64,000 nt of DNA. Source: Lepidodermella squamata. Its lineage: Eukaryota; Animalia; Gastrotricha. Below, one piece after another: positions 12,178 to 23,069 of the stretch. The notes beneath the pieces are model-generated. The model saw only the letters and a list, made by a program, of their open reading frames with translations. It did not search any database and had not been told where the DNA came from. Both the position numbers and the translations under genes were made by a program. Positions within the stretch are counted from its first letter, which is position 1; the number at the start of each line of letters is the position of its first letter. The DNA lies in the NCBI GenBank assembly GCA_047495785.1, contig JBLDXI010000042.1, positions 5,022,001 through 5,086,000 of the forward strand, given 5' to 3'.

Positions 12178-12968
12178 TCACAATTCAGTTACGGGAATAA
12201 TTTCGTTTTCATCGTCTTCGATCTCATCTGGCTCTTCCACAAGCTCTTCTTCCACTTCTTCAGCTTCAGCGTCTTCTTCTTCTATCACCGCTCCCTCGAG
12301 ATTTCGCCGATGCTCTGTCGATGCCTCTTCTTCTTCAGGTTCATTGTCCAAGTTTTCTGTTAACTCGATCAGATGCACTTTTTCGACGATAATGCAGAAG
12401 CGATCAGCAGACTTCTTCAATTCGCTTGAGATCATGCTGACAAAGGCCCCTTTTTGCTCGTCTGATTCCCTAAGACCTTTGAACCATGCCTCACCACAAT
12501 CCTATAGCGAAATAATGAAATTTGGTGGCGAGAATATTTCCAATTACGTACGTCTATCTTTGCCTTGAAGATATCGGCCATAAGGGACGGGAAAAGCCTT
12601 TGTTGATAGTCCAACCCGATCCACAGGAAAAGCTGCCGGAGTCGTTCCAGGCAAGGCCGGTAATGAATGCAAAATTCGAATTTGGCCCTGTTACCACTCT
12701 TGAACGTAAATTTGAGGCTGAGAAAGTATTTGCGTATGTTTGTCTCCATAATGATAGCTTTCTGGAAAAATGGCGTTTTGAAATGGTAACCCTCATCGTA
12801 GACGCCTTGCGTTTCTTTGTCGTAGAGGACGCCCTTGAATTTATCGAAGATCAGCCCGCGATGGCCAGGTGGCACATAGAATATTGAATCCATAGCGGTC
12901 ACTATTGTTCCGCCGACCAAGCCTCCTATCACGATACCCTTGGCTATCGGTCTCAGTATGCTGGACAT
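12178..12968 (-). CDS. Divergent prohibitin (SPFH/Band 7)-like protein with acidic C-terminal tail; exons 12552-12968 and 12178-12501, about 246 aa
   Basis: SIFYVPPGHRGLIFDKFKGV...VYDEGYHFKTPFFQKAII and IGLDYQQRLFPSL match prohibitin N-terminal motifs. A 50-bp GTACGT..CTATAG intron joins in frame to ISSELKKSADRFCIIVEKVHL. Confidence 0.75.
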
Positions 12969-13295
12969 GGCGAGTAAAACTGGTCAGCTTTCTCTTTTCG
13001 AATCAGTCAAATGAACCGTGACGGAGGCGTATAGTGCTATGGGTGGATCGATTTTTATCTATTATTCACACGCAGCGGTAACTCGCGAACAATGAAACGG
13101 CAAGAAAAAGATCGATCGCCAACATCAAGCCAAAAAATTTAATGATTCGCAACTAGTTCAATGTTCACAATACGTGTCACAATTGGAATCGAATACGATC
13201 AACGTTTCAAAGATTTCGGCATCGTAGATGCCTTAAAAAATGAGAAGGATTAATGTGATAAAAATGTTCTAGACATTTTCAGTTTTTGTTATCGT

Positions 13296-14168
13296 TTAGC
13301 TGAGTTTAGCTCGCTCAACTGTTAGAAGGTTGTTCGTTCCTAACGCAACTGTATCAGCCTTCGCAATTGTAGGAACAGTAGCGATCATACACTTGTGGAA
13401 CGAGTCGAAAGAGTAAGGGGATCCTGTCCCCGATGTAGCCTGAATATCGCTTCCAGCACAAGCCCCCGGCAAGCGAATGCAGTAGTTGGGCGAGGAAGCG
13501 CATAACTTGTATTTGATCGTGTTGGGGAAGCACATTGTCGGTTGTTTTCCTGAAGTTAGTTGTAGAACGTCATACGCTAGCCCGACGTTTCCAGCAGCAA
13601 TCGAAAGAGCATCGCAACAGGCCGAGAAGGAACTGTAAGTCGTTGAACTCACAGCCTGAAGAAGGAAATCAATGAACATATATTAGCTGGAAGTAATCCT
13701 ACAACTTACAGCACTACCAGAGAAATAGTTAGCTGGGTTGATTGAAGCGTCCGAGAAGCAAACTTTAACAGCTGAGCTCCCACTGCCCGGAACATTCATG
13801 TTGTACATTGTGAAACTTGTGGACTGCAGCAAAATCACAATTTTATATGAAGTCGTTGAATTTTCAATTTCTCAACTTACCGAGGCTTGGCAGGTTTGTC
13901 CGGAAGTCGTGCATGGGTTAGTTGTGCTTCTACACTCGTAGCCAGTGGCGCATGTCGATCCACAGGTGAAACCGGTTGGGCAAGTAGCGGTTGTAGAAAG
14001 ACAACTTTTTCCACTTGGGCAGGTCGTGGCAGGGGCGCAAGTTGTAGTAATCTTCTTGTTACCAGCCGTATCGTATTCTGACGAATCTGAGAGGGCGCTT
14101 GATGATGAAGGACAGCCATAGGTGAATTGAACCAGGAAGACAGTTGCAAGCACAGCTTGAAAATACAT
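13296..14168 (-). CDS. Secreted Cys-rich protein, copy 1 (subtype A); exons 13881-14168, 13710-13823, 13296-13655
   Basis: Signal peptide, Ser/Thr/Cys-rich N-region and family motifs CFSDASINPAN, FSACCDA, MCFPNTIKYKLC, NYCIRLPGAC. In-frame GT-AG introns. Confidence 0.85.
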
Positions 14169-14506
14169 TGTCGTTATTCGAGATTTCACCTCTTCAACTA
14201 AAATTCAGCTTTATGGTAGACTATGCTGCCAAGATACCTTTAAAAGTAGGGCTCGCTTTCCAGGACAGCCGCTGTAAGTCGTGATCGGCGGGCGTGTGAG
14301 GAATTTCTGCGGCTGACACACCGCGGATGTCGCAACCTCAAGCGTGAGAACGCAGAAAACGTGCTCGACTTGTAACAAAAGAAACGAGCCCGACCATTGT
14401 TCTATGCGTGCACTATTGCGTCGAAAAAAAGGACACGCCGGCGGTTATTAGAGCGCTGAAAACTCGGTCGTCATACTTTGTCGAAAAGCTCACAATAATT
14501 AATAAA

Positions 14507-15287
14507 ATGTCGAAGTTCGCTTGTCAAGTCGCTTTTGCTGTTATCTCGGCCCTGAGCCTAACTTTTGCTTGCCCAGCATCTTCCAGTGGCAGCAGTAATA
14601 GTAATAATAACAACAATAGCACAAAAAGCTGCGCAACCGCGGCTCCCTGCGCCAATGGAACGGCTTGCCTAGCTTCATCTCCGACTTGTTCGACAGGTTG
14701 CGTCTCCTCAACTTGCACAACAATCGGCCAGGAATGTCGTTTGTCTTCGAATCCATGCACAACAGCTGGCGAAACTTGCCAAGCTTCGGCCTATGTGATG
14801 TATACTATGGCAGTCCCTGGAGGTGGTAGCCCTGCTGGTGTCAAAGCCTGCCTCTCAGATTCTTCGATCAACATCGCTAACGTTTTTGCCGGCAGCACGG
14901 TTTGTTAATCATTTGGAAAGAAATTTCATGTTAAACTGATTTTTTTCACTTTCACAGGCTGGAACTGCGTATAGCTCTTTCTCGGCGTGTTGCGATGCGA
15001 TTGGCGGTCTCTTGTCATATGATAACTTTCTCCTAGCTTCTGGCAAGCAGCCCGTCATGTGCTTCTCGTCTTCTTACAAAGTCTGCGGCAGTACCAAGAA
15101 CTACTGCATTCGTTTCCCTGGCAGCTGCTCGGGCACGGATATTCAAGCAACAGCCGATGCAGGCTCCCCTTACGTTCAATCGACCTTCGCGAAATGCTGC
15201 GCGAGTCTCAGCCCAACTGGAGCTTTGACGACAATAACATTGGGGTCGAGCAGCCAGCTGAGCGTTGACAAATGCGTTGCCCCTTAA
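14507..15287 (+). CDS. Secreted Cys-rich protein, copy 2 (subtype B), two exons
   Basis: MSKFACQVAF signal peptide, MYTMAVPGGGSPAGVKACLSD, CCDAIGGLLSYD, KCCASLSPT, LSVDKC. Confidence 0.85.
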
Positions 15288-15993
15288 ATGATTCTTTGAC
15301 TTTCAAATCCGTGGATATGGTTTTAATTTGACCAATCCTGACTTTTACAATATAAGGCGTAGAACGCTGAAAGAGCACGGGGCTAGCACCTCGGTTCATA
15401 TTTTCTTATTTTCTCAATGTTTTACTACGGCGGCATGATCGCCGCGAATAAATAGCAAATTTGAGCGGGCGTGAAATGGATTTCTTGTTCTTGAAAATTT
15501 AACTGGCATCTCAATTTGAGACTGTTCCCAAGCAAACGACCACCGTACATGTTCCTATAGCAGCCTGGGCCAGAACCTCAACCGGGATTTTTTAAATTTT
15601 GAAAACTAATTTTTGCTGAATCCTTCATTTTTGATGTTTCCGAACCGACCCTCAACCCTGGGCTACTGTTAGGGATGGGCGATTATTAGTGGATGGGAAC
15701 AAATGGAACAAATGGAATGGAACAAATGGTAACTTGCATTATGGCGAAGTCATGTATGATTTAGGATTTTTGCTGACAGAAACGCTGAGCTTGTACAGAG
15801 ATGTTCTGAGCTTTCAGTCATTAATTTTATTTTCACAAAATGAATTTTGTTGCGATGTTTATTCGACTAATGAAGCAAAACTAAATACCGGTGCATTCCT
15901 AAGATGCTCTGTGTAAAATCAAGTGGTTGTCATTTTAAAATGTCCAGACATTTTAAGCTTGGATAACGTCCCGCTTTGCTGGCGCCCGCTCGT

Positions 15994-17036
15994 TTAAACC
16001 TTGACGCGATCAACGGTCAGGTAGTTGCTAGTTCCAAGGGTAACTGTATCCGTTTTAGCCAAAGTCGGTGAGATGGCCATCATGCATTTGGTAAAAGAGT
16101 CGAATGAGTAGGGAGACCCAGTCTGCAAGCAAAATTAGTGTTAATCAGTTCATTGAGCCCTTCGAGCGTATAAGCGATACGAAAAAAGGAAAAAAAGATA
16201 AAAGGAATTATCTTCCTACATCTGTTTTCCCATCAGGGATGAATATCGCGCTCTTCACAATATTTGTTAAAGAGCTAGGGCTTGCGCTATAGTCGACCGT
16301 GCGCGCCTGAATTTTTTCCATAAATAAAAAAAGTTGCAATTTTTGAGAGCTCACCCCTGTCGTAGCTTGAATATCACTGCCAGCGCAAGCGCCTGGAAGT
16401 CTCATGCAGTAGTTGCTCGGTGTTCCAGCACAAAGTTTGTACTTGACTGTGTTAGGAAAGCACATCACAGGTTGTTTCCCTGATGTGACTTGAAACACGT
16501 CGTAGACGAGCGCAACACTTCCTGCGAGCGTTGAAAGAGCGTCACAGCAAGCTGAAAAGCTAGCATATGTTGTAGCAGTCGCAGCCTGTTCAATTTCAAG
16601 CCATAAATAACGATGAGAAGTTACTGAGAGACAGTCTTACGCTACTTCCGCTGAAAACGCTTGCCATGTTGATGGTAGAATCGGATAAGCAAACTTTGAC
16701 GCCGGCTGGGGAGCCACCGCCAGGTACCGCCATTGTGTACATCGTGAAATTAGTTGAAGCTACGCAAGATTGGCCCGAGGTTGTGCATGGATTTGTTGTA
16801 CTTCTGCACTCGTATCCCGATGGGCACGTTGTTCCGCACGTATAGCCGGCGGGGCAAGTTGCTGTAGTCGAGAGACAACTCAGCCCAGTCGAGCAAGTGG
16901 TCGCTGGCGCACAGGTGTGACTGCCCCTGCCAGAGGAGGAAGAACCACTGGTTGAAGTAGTTGAAGTAGAGCTAGACGGGCAGCAATTAGCTGAAACAGC
17001 CAAGCAAATTACAAGGAAAAAGGCCCGGAAAACCAT
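15994..17036 (-). CDS. Secreted Cys-rich protein, copy 3 (subtype A), three exons
   Basis: MVFRAFFLVICL signal peptide, MCFPNTVKYKLC, last exon TGSPYSFDSFTKCMMAISPT...LTVDRVKV*. Confidence 0.85.
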
Positions 17037-17300
17037 GTCTAGCTTTTGTGCAAGAAATAATTGATTCAGCGCCTTGGAAATCAGAAACCGGAGGTGAGGA
17101 TGGACTGCTTTTTCACTGCGCAGAGTCGTGTTGAGCGGGAGGGCGCTACTTGTCGTCTAGAACCCGGTTTCGTGATGTAAAACACTCGAAACGTGCTGCG
17201 AGTAACAAAAAACGAGTTTTTCTATTGTTCCACCGCAAAAACTCGCGCCGTGAAAAAGCCTCGCATTTTCAGCGGAAAATTCATCTCACAAAATCTTAAG

Positions 17301-18067
17301 ATGTTAAGAATCTTATTTCCGTTACTTGCCTTTGCTTCCCTTGGAAGCTGCTGCGTATCTACAACCGGCACTGATGGGAATACGAACCTAAGTGGCAATG
17401 GCCGGGGTCGAAACAATTCCTGCCCAACTGCAGCGCCATGCCCGAACGGCCAAGCTTGCCTAGCAGCCTCGCCGACCTGCTCCAGCTGCAACATTTCGAC
17501 ATGCGCTTCCGGTCAAGCGTGTCGGTTGACTTCAAATCCGTGCACAAATTCGAACGAAGCTTGCCAGGTTCCAGTAACTTACACTTTGTACACCATGGCG
17601 GTTCCAGGAGGTGGCAGTCCAGCCGGTGTGAAAGTCTGTCTATCGGACCCTACGATCAATATGGCCAACATCCTTTCCGGAAGCTCGGTAACAACCACTT
17701 GCAATATTTCGCCCAAAATCTGACTTTATTCCAACAGGCTGGAACTGCGTACAGCACCTTCGCAGCATGTTGCGATGCGATAGGCGGCCTTTTAGCCTAT
17801 GATGTACTTCCACTGACTTCAGGTCGGCAGCCTGCCATGTGCTTCCCGGCTAGTTACAAAGTTTGCGCCGCCACGAATAACTACTGCCTTCGCCTGCCGG
17901 GAAGCTGCTCCGGGACAGATATCCAAGCAACGGCGAATGCAGGATCGCCTTATACTCAGGCTTCGTTTGTCAAGTGTTGCACAAGTCTGAGCCCTACAGC
18001 GGCTATGACAACTGTCACCTTGGGCACTAGTAATCAGTTGACTGTCGAAAAATGCTCTGCCCCTTAG
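17301..18067 (+). CDS. Secreted Cys-rich protein, copy 4 (subtype B), two exons
   Basis: MLRILFPLLAF signal peptide, CCDAIGGLLAYD, KCCTSLSPT, LTVEKC. Confidence 0.85.
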
Positions 18068-18886
18068 TGAAATACGTACTCCTCCTAAACGACAAACTGC
18101 ATGAGGAAATATGAAATCATAACGTTGAACTAGAAGCTTTTTTGCAGGCGTTGAGCGCCCAATAAGTTGCTGCAAGTTATTATATTAGATTTGTTTCTGA
18201 TTATTAATTCCAAGTTATGCGGAAATAAAATTCATTCTCTGAAATTAGTTTGTCAAACTACTGTTGTTTATCCATCCCGCGCCCAAACAGCGGCCATTTA
18301 CGTCAATAAGTTCTGTTGGCTATAAGGACACAAGACACAATACCAACACCAACAATGTGATGTACCTATACTTTTTCTTTTGCTCTTCTTTCACTTGGAA
18401 TCTCGCGCTGCGCGTGAGACAATCACCCTGAAAAATCTTTTAAAAGCTATGGGAAATAAAATGAGGATAATTGCTCAATATCGCTCAAATAATGAATTTT
18501 TGATGGAATTAGGAAAATCCCAATAGTGGGCCTGACGATTCCTGTTCAACCCAACGCAATGCAAGAGATACCAAACCTCGACGGGCCGCCGAAGTTAGGT
18601 TAGTGGCTAGAAGATCAGGGTTTTAGACCACTGATATACAGGCATCGAATTCGATCCTTGCGGTTGTTGCTCCACTTGAAAACATGCTCAAACGAGAATG
18701 ATTTCGTGATGCAATGTTCAGCATTCACAAGTACTGATGTGGGCCGCGTCGAGGAGTCTAAGGAGAACAATGGAAAACGTGCTTTCGCTTGTAATAACTA
18801 TGCTTTGTCTGAAAGCGCACGACTGGAATTCGGCAGCATAAAAAGCCGGCTCGCCCGCAACAACTGTTAATCATCGCGACCGCAAA

Positions 18887-19696
18887 ATGCTAAGGACATT
18901 GAGCTTGATAGTTACTCTGGTGTCTTTTAGGGCGCAATTCGGTTCAGGCTGCAATACTGCAACCAATACGGATTCCAGTTGCCAGAAATCAAGTAGCGGC
19001 TGCAACAGTAGTAGTACTACAACGTGTCCTACGGCTGCACCTTGCGCCTCTGGAACAGCGTGCCTCTCTGCCTCTCCGACTTGTTCGACGTCTTGCGTAG
19101 CCTCTTCATGCCCCTCTGGCCAGGAATGCCGATTAACTTCGAATCCATGCTCGACCTCAGGCCAAACTTGCACAGCAAATTCCTTCACGATGTACACCAT
19201 AGCTGTTCCTGGAGGAGGCAGTCCTGAAGGCGTGAAAGCTTGCCTGTCAGATACATCCATCAATATGGCTAACATTTTCGCTGGAAGCACAGTATTTTCT
19301 TATTCCTTGAGTTAAATCTGGTCTGACAACATTATATTTTAGGCCGGAACTTCATACATATCGTTTTCAGCATGCTGTGACGCAATCGGAGGCCTCTTGT
19401 CTTACGACGTGTTCCCGTTAGCTTCTGGAACCAGGCCTGTGATGTGTTTCTCATCTTCGTACAAAGTCTGCGCTGCAACTCAAAACTATTGCATTCGTTT
19501 TCCTGGCAGCTGTACTGGGACTGATGTGAAGGCTACAGCAAATGCTGGGTCACCCTACCTTCAGTCATCCTTTGCAAAATGCTGCGCTAGCTTGAATCCT
19601 ACAAGTGCCGTGACCACAGTGTCTCTAGGTTCCAGCAATCAACTTTCTGTCGAGAAATGCGTGGCTCCTGCTTCCGAATCAGCTGCAGCTTCTTAG
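18887..19696 (+). CDS. Secreted Cys-rich protein, copy 5 (subtype B), two exons
   Basis: Same family motifs; KCCASLNPT and LSVEKC. Confidence 0.85.
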
Positions 19697-20082
19697 TTGC
19701 TTTTCCTGGTAAAAATCTCCATGAACAGACGAGGCTTTGTAAGCTGACGCTGAACTTTGATAATTGAGCTTGACATATTATTATATTTAAAATCTCTGAG
19801 AGATTTTTTTCAGATTGCTTGGCTGCTTCGTTTACACTTTTCATTCCCTAATAAATGCTTTTCAATGGAAGTCTTTCTTAGTATTTACACGTGGAAATAG
19901 GACATCATGCTTGAAATCTAAAGGGTTAGGTGTAAGGTTATGACAGAACAGGGTAACAAGAGCGTATGTTTTCGTAAGGTTTACATAAGCCGAGAGAAAA
20001 CAATCACAAAGCCCACACACCCACGACACCAAAAGAAGTCGTGCAGTAATGCTGAAACCACCAGATGTAGGACGTTGCTGGA

Positions 20083-20896
20083 ATGCTGACGAATTTAACA
20101 ATTCGCCTTGCCCTAGGCGCAGCGATTTTAACCCGTGTTGTTAACGGCTGTAATCCATCGACAAGTTCCAATGCTAGCTGCCAGAAATCAACTAGTGGTT
20201 GCAATAGCAGTAGTACAACTTGTTCAACAGCCTCGCCTTGCCCATCTGGAACAGCTTGCCTCTCAGCGTCCCCAACTTGTTCGACATCTTGCGTGGCGTC
20301 TTCATGCCCTTCAACTCAAGAATGTCGATTAATTTCGAATCCTTGCTCGACATCGGGTCAAACTTGTCAATCTAATTCCTTCACGCTTTACACCATGGCT
20401 GCTCCAGGAGGCGGTAGCCCAGATGGTGTGAAGGCCTGTCTCTCTGATCCATCTATCAATTTAGCGAACATTTTTGCTCGCAGCTCTGTAAACATTCAAG
20501 CCTTCTTTGTTGCATGTTTAGGGATATTCAGTTAAATTTTAGGCTGGAGCTTCTTACGCGACTTATTCAGAATGCTGCGACGCAATCGGCGGATTGCTGT
20601 CATACGACATTCTGCCAATAGTTTCTGGAAAGCGGCCAGTCATGTGTTTCTCGGCCTCGTATAAGGTTTGCGAGGGAACGGATGTCAATTACTGTCTCCG
20701 ATTGCCTGGTAGCTGCTCTGGAACAGAAATTCAAGCGACAACAGACGAAGGATCGCCTTATACCCATAGATCATTTTCAAAATGCTGTGCAAGTCTCACG
20801 CCTACGGAAGGTTTGACCACTGTAACTATGGGAACAAGCGGCCAACTCTCTGTCGAAAAATGTGTAGCACCAGCTGCGGGTGCTGGTGATAAATAA
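20083..20896 (+). CDS. Secreted Cys-rich protein, copy 6 (subtype B), two exons; closest to copy 5
   Basis: Shares CQKSxSGCNSSS and CVASSCPS with copy 5; KCCASLTPT and LSVEKC. Confidence 0.85.
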
Positions 20897-20961
20897 AACA
20901 TTATTCATGTAAAATGGTTTAATGTCAATTTCGGAACTGATAGTTCTCGCATTAGAGAGCT

Positions 20962-21860
20962 CTAGCTAGCAATTTTGGCCCTCTCAATCGTGAGAGCGCT
21001 GCTAACACCAAGAGTAACCGTATCCTGCTTAACCAAAGTTGGGCTTGTGGCAATCATGCATTGATGGAACGTATCAAATTGATACGGAGAACCAGCCTGG
21101 TCAAAAAATAGATAAAAGGATTAAGCCATACAGTTTCGAAGCATCATACCCCTGAAGTTGCTTGAATATCCGATCCAGCACAGGCGCCCGGCAGGCGAAG
21201 ACAATAATTGGTAGGATTTCCACTGCAAAGTTTGTATTTGATAGTGTTTGGAACGCAAAGTACTGGTTGTTTTCCAGACGCAAGTTGTAGCACATCATAA
21301 GTTAAGGGTACGTTGCTCGTAGCCGCTGAAACAGCCTCGCAACAAGCTCCAAAGCTGCTGTAGGTCGTAGTGCCAAAAGCCTGAAGAACTTTCCGACTAT
21401 TTCACAAAAATGAAAAAGAAGCAAGGCCTTACCGTGCTCCCACTCAAAATGTTAGCCATCGATAGCGTAGGATCTGATAGGCAGGCCTTATATGACGGTG
21501 GCGTCCCACCTCCTGTCGCTACAACCGTGAAAATGCTGAATGTCTGTACAAACAACAACTTAAAGATTGTTGAAGGGGATTAGAAGACTCAACTGTTTGA
21601 CAACTTGTTCCAGCTGTTGAACACGGATTCGACGTCAAGCGGCACTCTGTCGTGTTGTCGCTGCAAGCCTTCGCATTGCACGACTGGCCCGTTGGACAAG
21701 CAACGGTGGTTAGACAGCTCTGTCCTGTGGGACAGGTCGGAGTTGCAGCTGTAGTAGTTATTTGATGATGCCGATCATCATCTGACGAAGACTGATTTGG
21801 GCAACAAGCTACCAGCCCTATCGATAGGATTGAAATTATGCCGAAAAATAATCTCTCCAT
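20962..21860 (-). CDS. Secreted Cys-rich protein, copy 7 (subtype A), four exons
   Basis: MERLFFGIISIL signal peptide, CLSDPTLSMANI, GACCEA, LCVPNTIKYKLC, last exon AGSPYQFDTFHQCMIATSPT...LTIERAKIAS*. Confidence 0.8.
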
Positions 21861-22114
21861 GTTACAGGAAATTTAAAAAATGAAAGATTTCGCACACGGT
21901 TTCTGTGTATGCGATAATCCTTAGCTTCCAGGCGTGAGGCTTTTGCTGAGGCTTGCTTCTAAAGCCGGATTAGAAGAATTAAGAAAGGGGAACTTTTGAA
22001 CGCACAATGGTTTCTGTCAAGTGGCTTGTGGGTGGCAGGCAGGTTTATCCGGAAAATATTTATTTTTATTTAGAGATAGGACTTTGTCTCTCTCAGTCGC
22101 TAACATATTTTACC

Positions 22115-22996
22115 ATGAAATTACACATTTTTTCTCTCCTGCTGCTCTCATCTTTGGGGATAGCTAACGTTTCGGGATGTGACAGCAAGGCTTCGAGCTC
22201 ATCAGCTACAACTGCAACTACAACTGCTAAATGCCCAAACGGAACATCTTGTGCGACTTCAGCTTGCACATGCGCCGCGACTAGTTGTTCAACTGGCTAT
22301 TCATGTAAAACAATTTCAAATCCATGTTCTACAGGCCAAGTTTGCTTGACGGTAAGTTGAAAGCATGCATTATTTATAATTTCTAAGGAATTATTGTAAT
22401 TTCCCCAGACTCCCTCATTCTCTATGTACTCAATGGCCGTACCTGGTGGGAGCAGTCCAACACCTGTGAAAATTTGCCTATCCGACTCATCAATCAACAT
22501 CGCCAATATTTTCACGACTTCAACGGTTCGAAAGCGTATTTTCCATGAATCTCGAGAATTAGAGATTTCCATAGGTTGTGAGCACGGGACATGCAAGTTT
22601 CTCGGCTTGCTGTGACGCTCTTTCAACAGCTTCGAGCAGTGCATCTTTGGTCTACGACATTTTCCCTTTAGCAACAGGCCATAAACCCGTAGCATGTTTC
22701 GTTGCAACTTACAAGGTTTGTGGAACTGTTGGGAGCACTCAAAACTACTGCCTCCGTCTTCCGGGTAGTTGTGCAGGAACCGACGTCCAAGCTACTGCAA
22801 ATGTGAGTGATTTGATCAATCCGAGGCGTATCATTGTATTTGTTCATTATAACAATTTCAGGCCGGCGCGCCTTATTCTCAGACTTCGTACACAAAATGC
22901 TGTGCGAGTTTGAGCCCGACCGCCAATACTGCTGCAGTAACTTTGGGCGCGTCAAGCCAACTGAGCGTCGACAAGTGCGTCTCGCCTTCGGGATAA
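22115..22996 (+). CDS. Secreted Cys-rich protein, copy 8 (B-type C-terminus), four exons
   Basis: MKLHIFSLLLL signal peptide, MYSMAVPGG, KCCASLSPT...LSVDKCVSPSG*. Confidence 0.8.
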
Positions 22997-23069
22997 ACAA
23001 GTTGCACGCATGAATAAAAACTGAAAGCGTTGGCGCTCAGCGCAACAAAACTACTATTTTTCACTAAAA

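Noticed and set aside
12432-12551. Frameshift in the prohibitin-like gene
   Set aside because: Explained by a 50-bp GT-AG intron (12502-12551).
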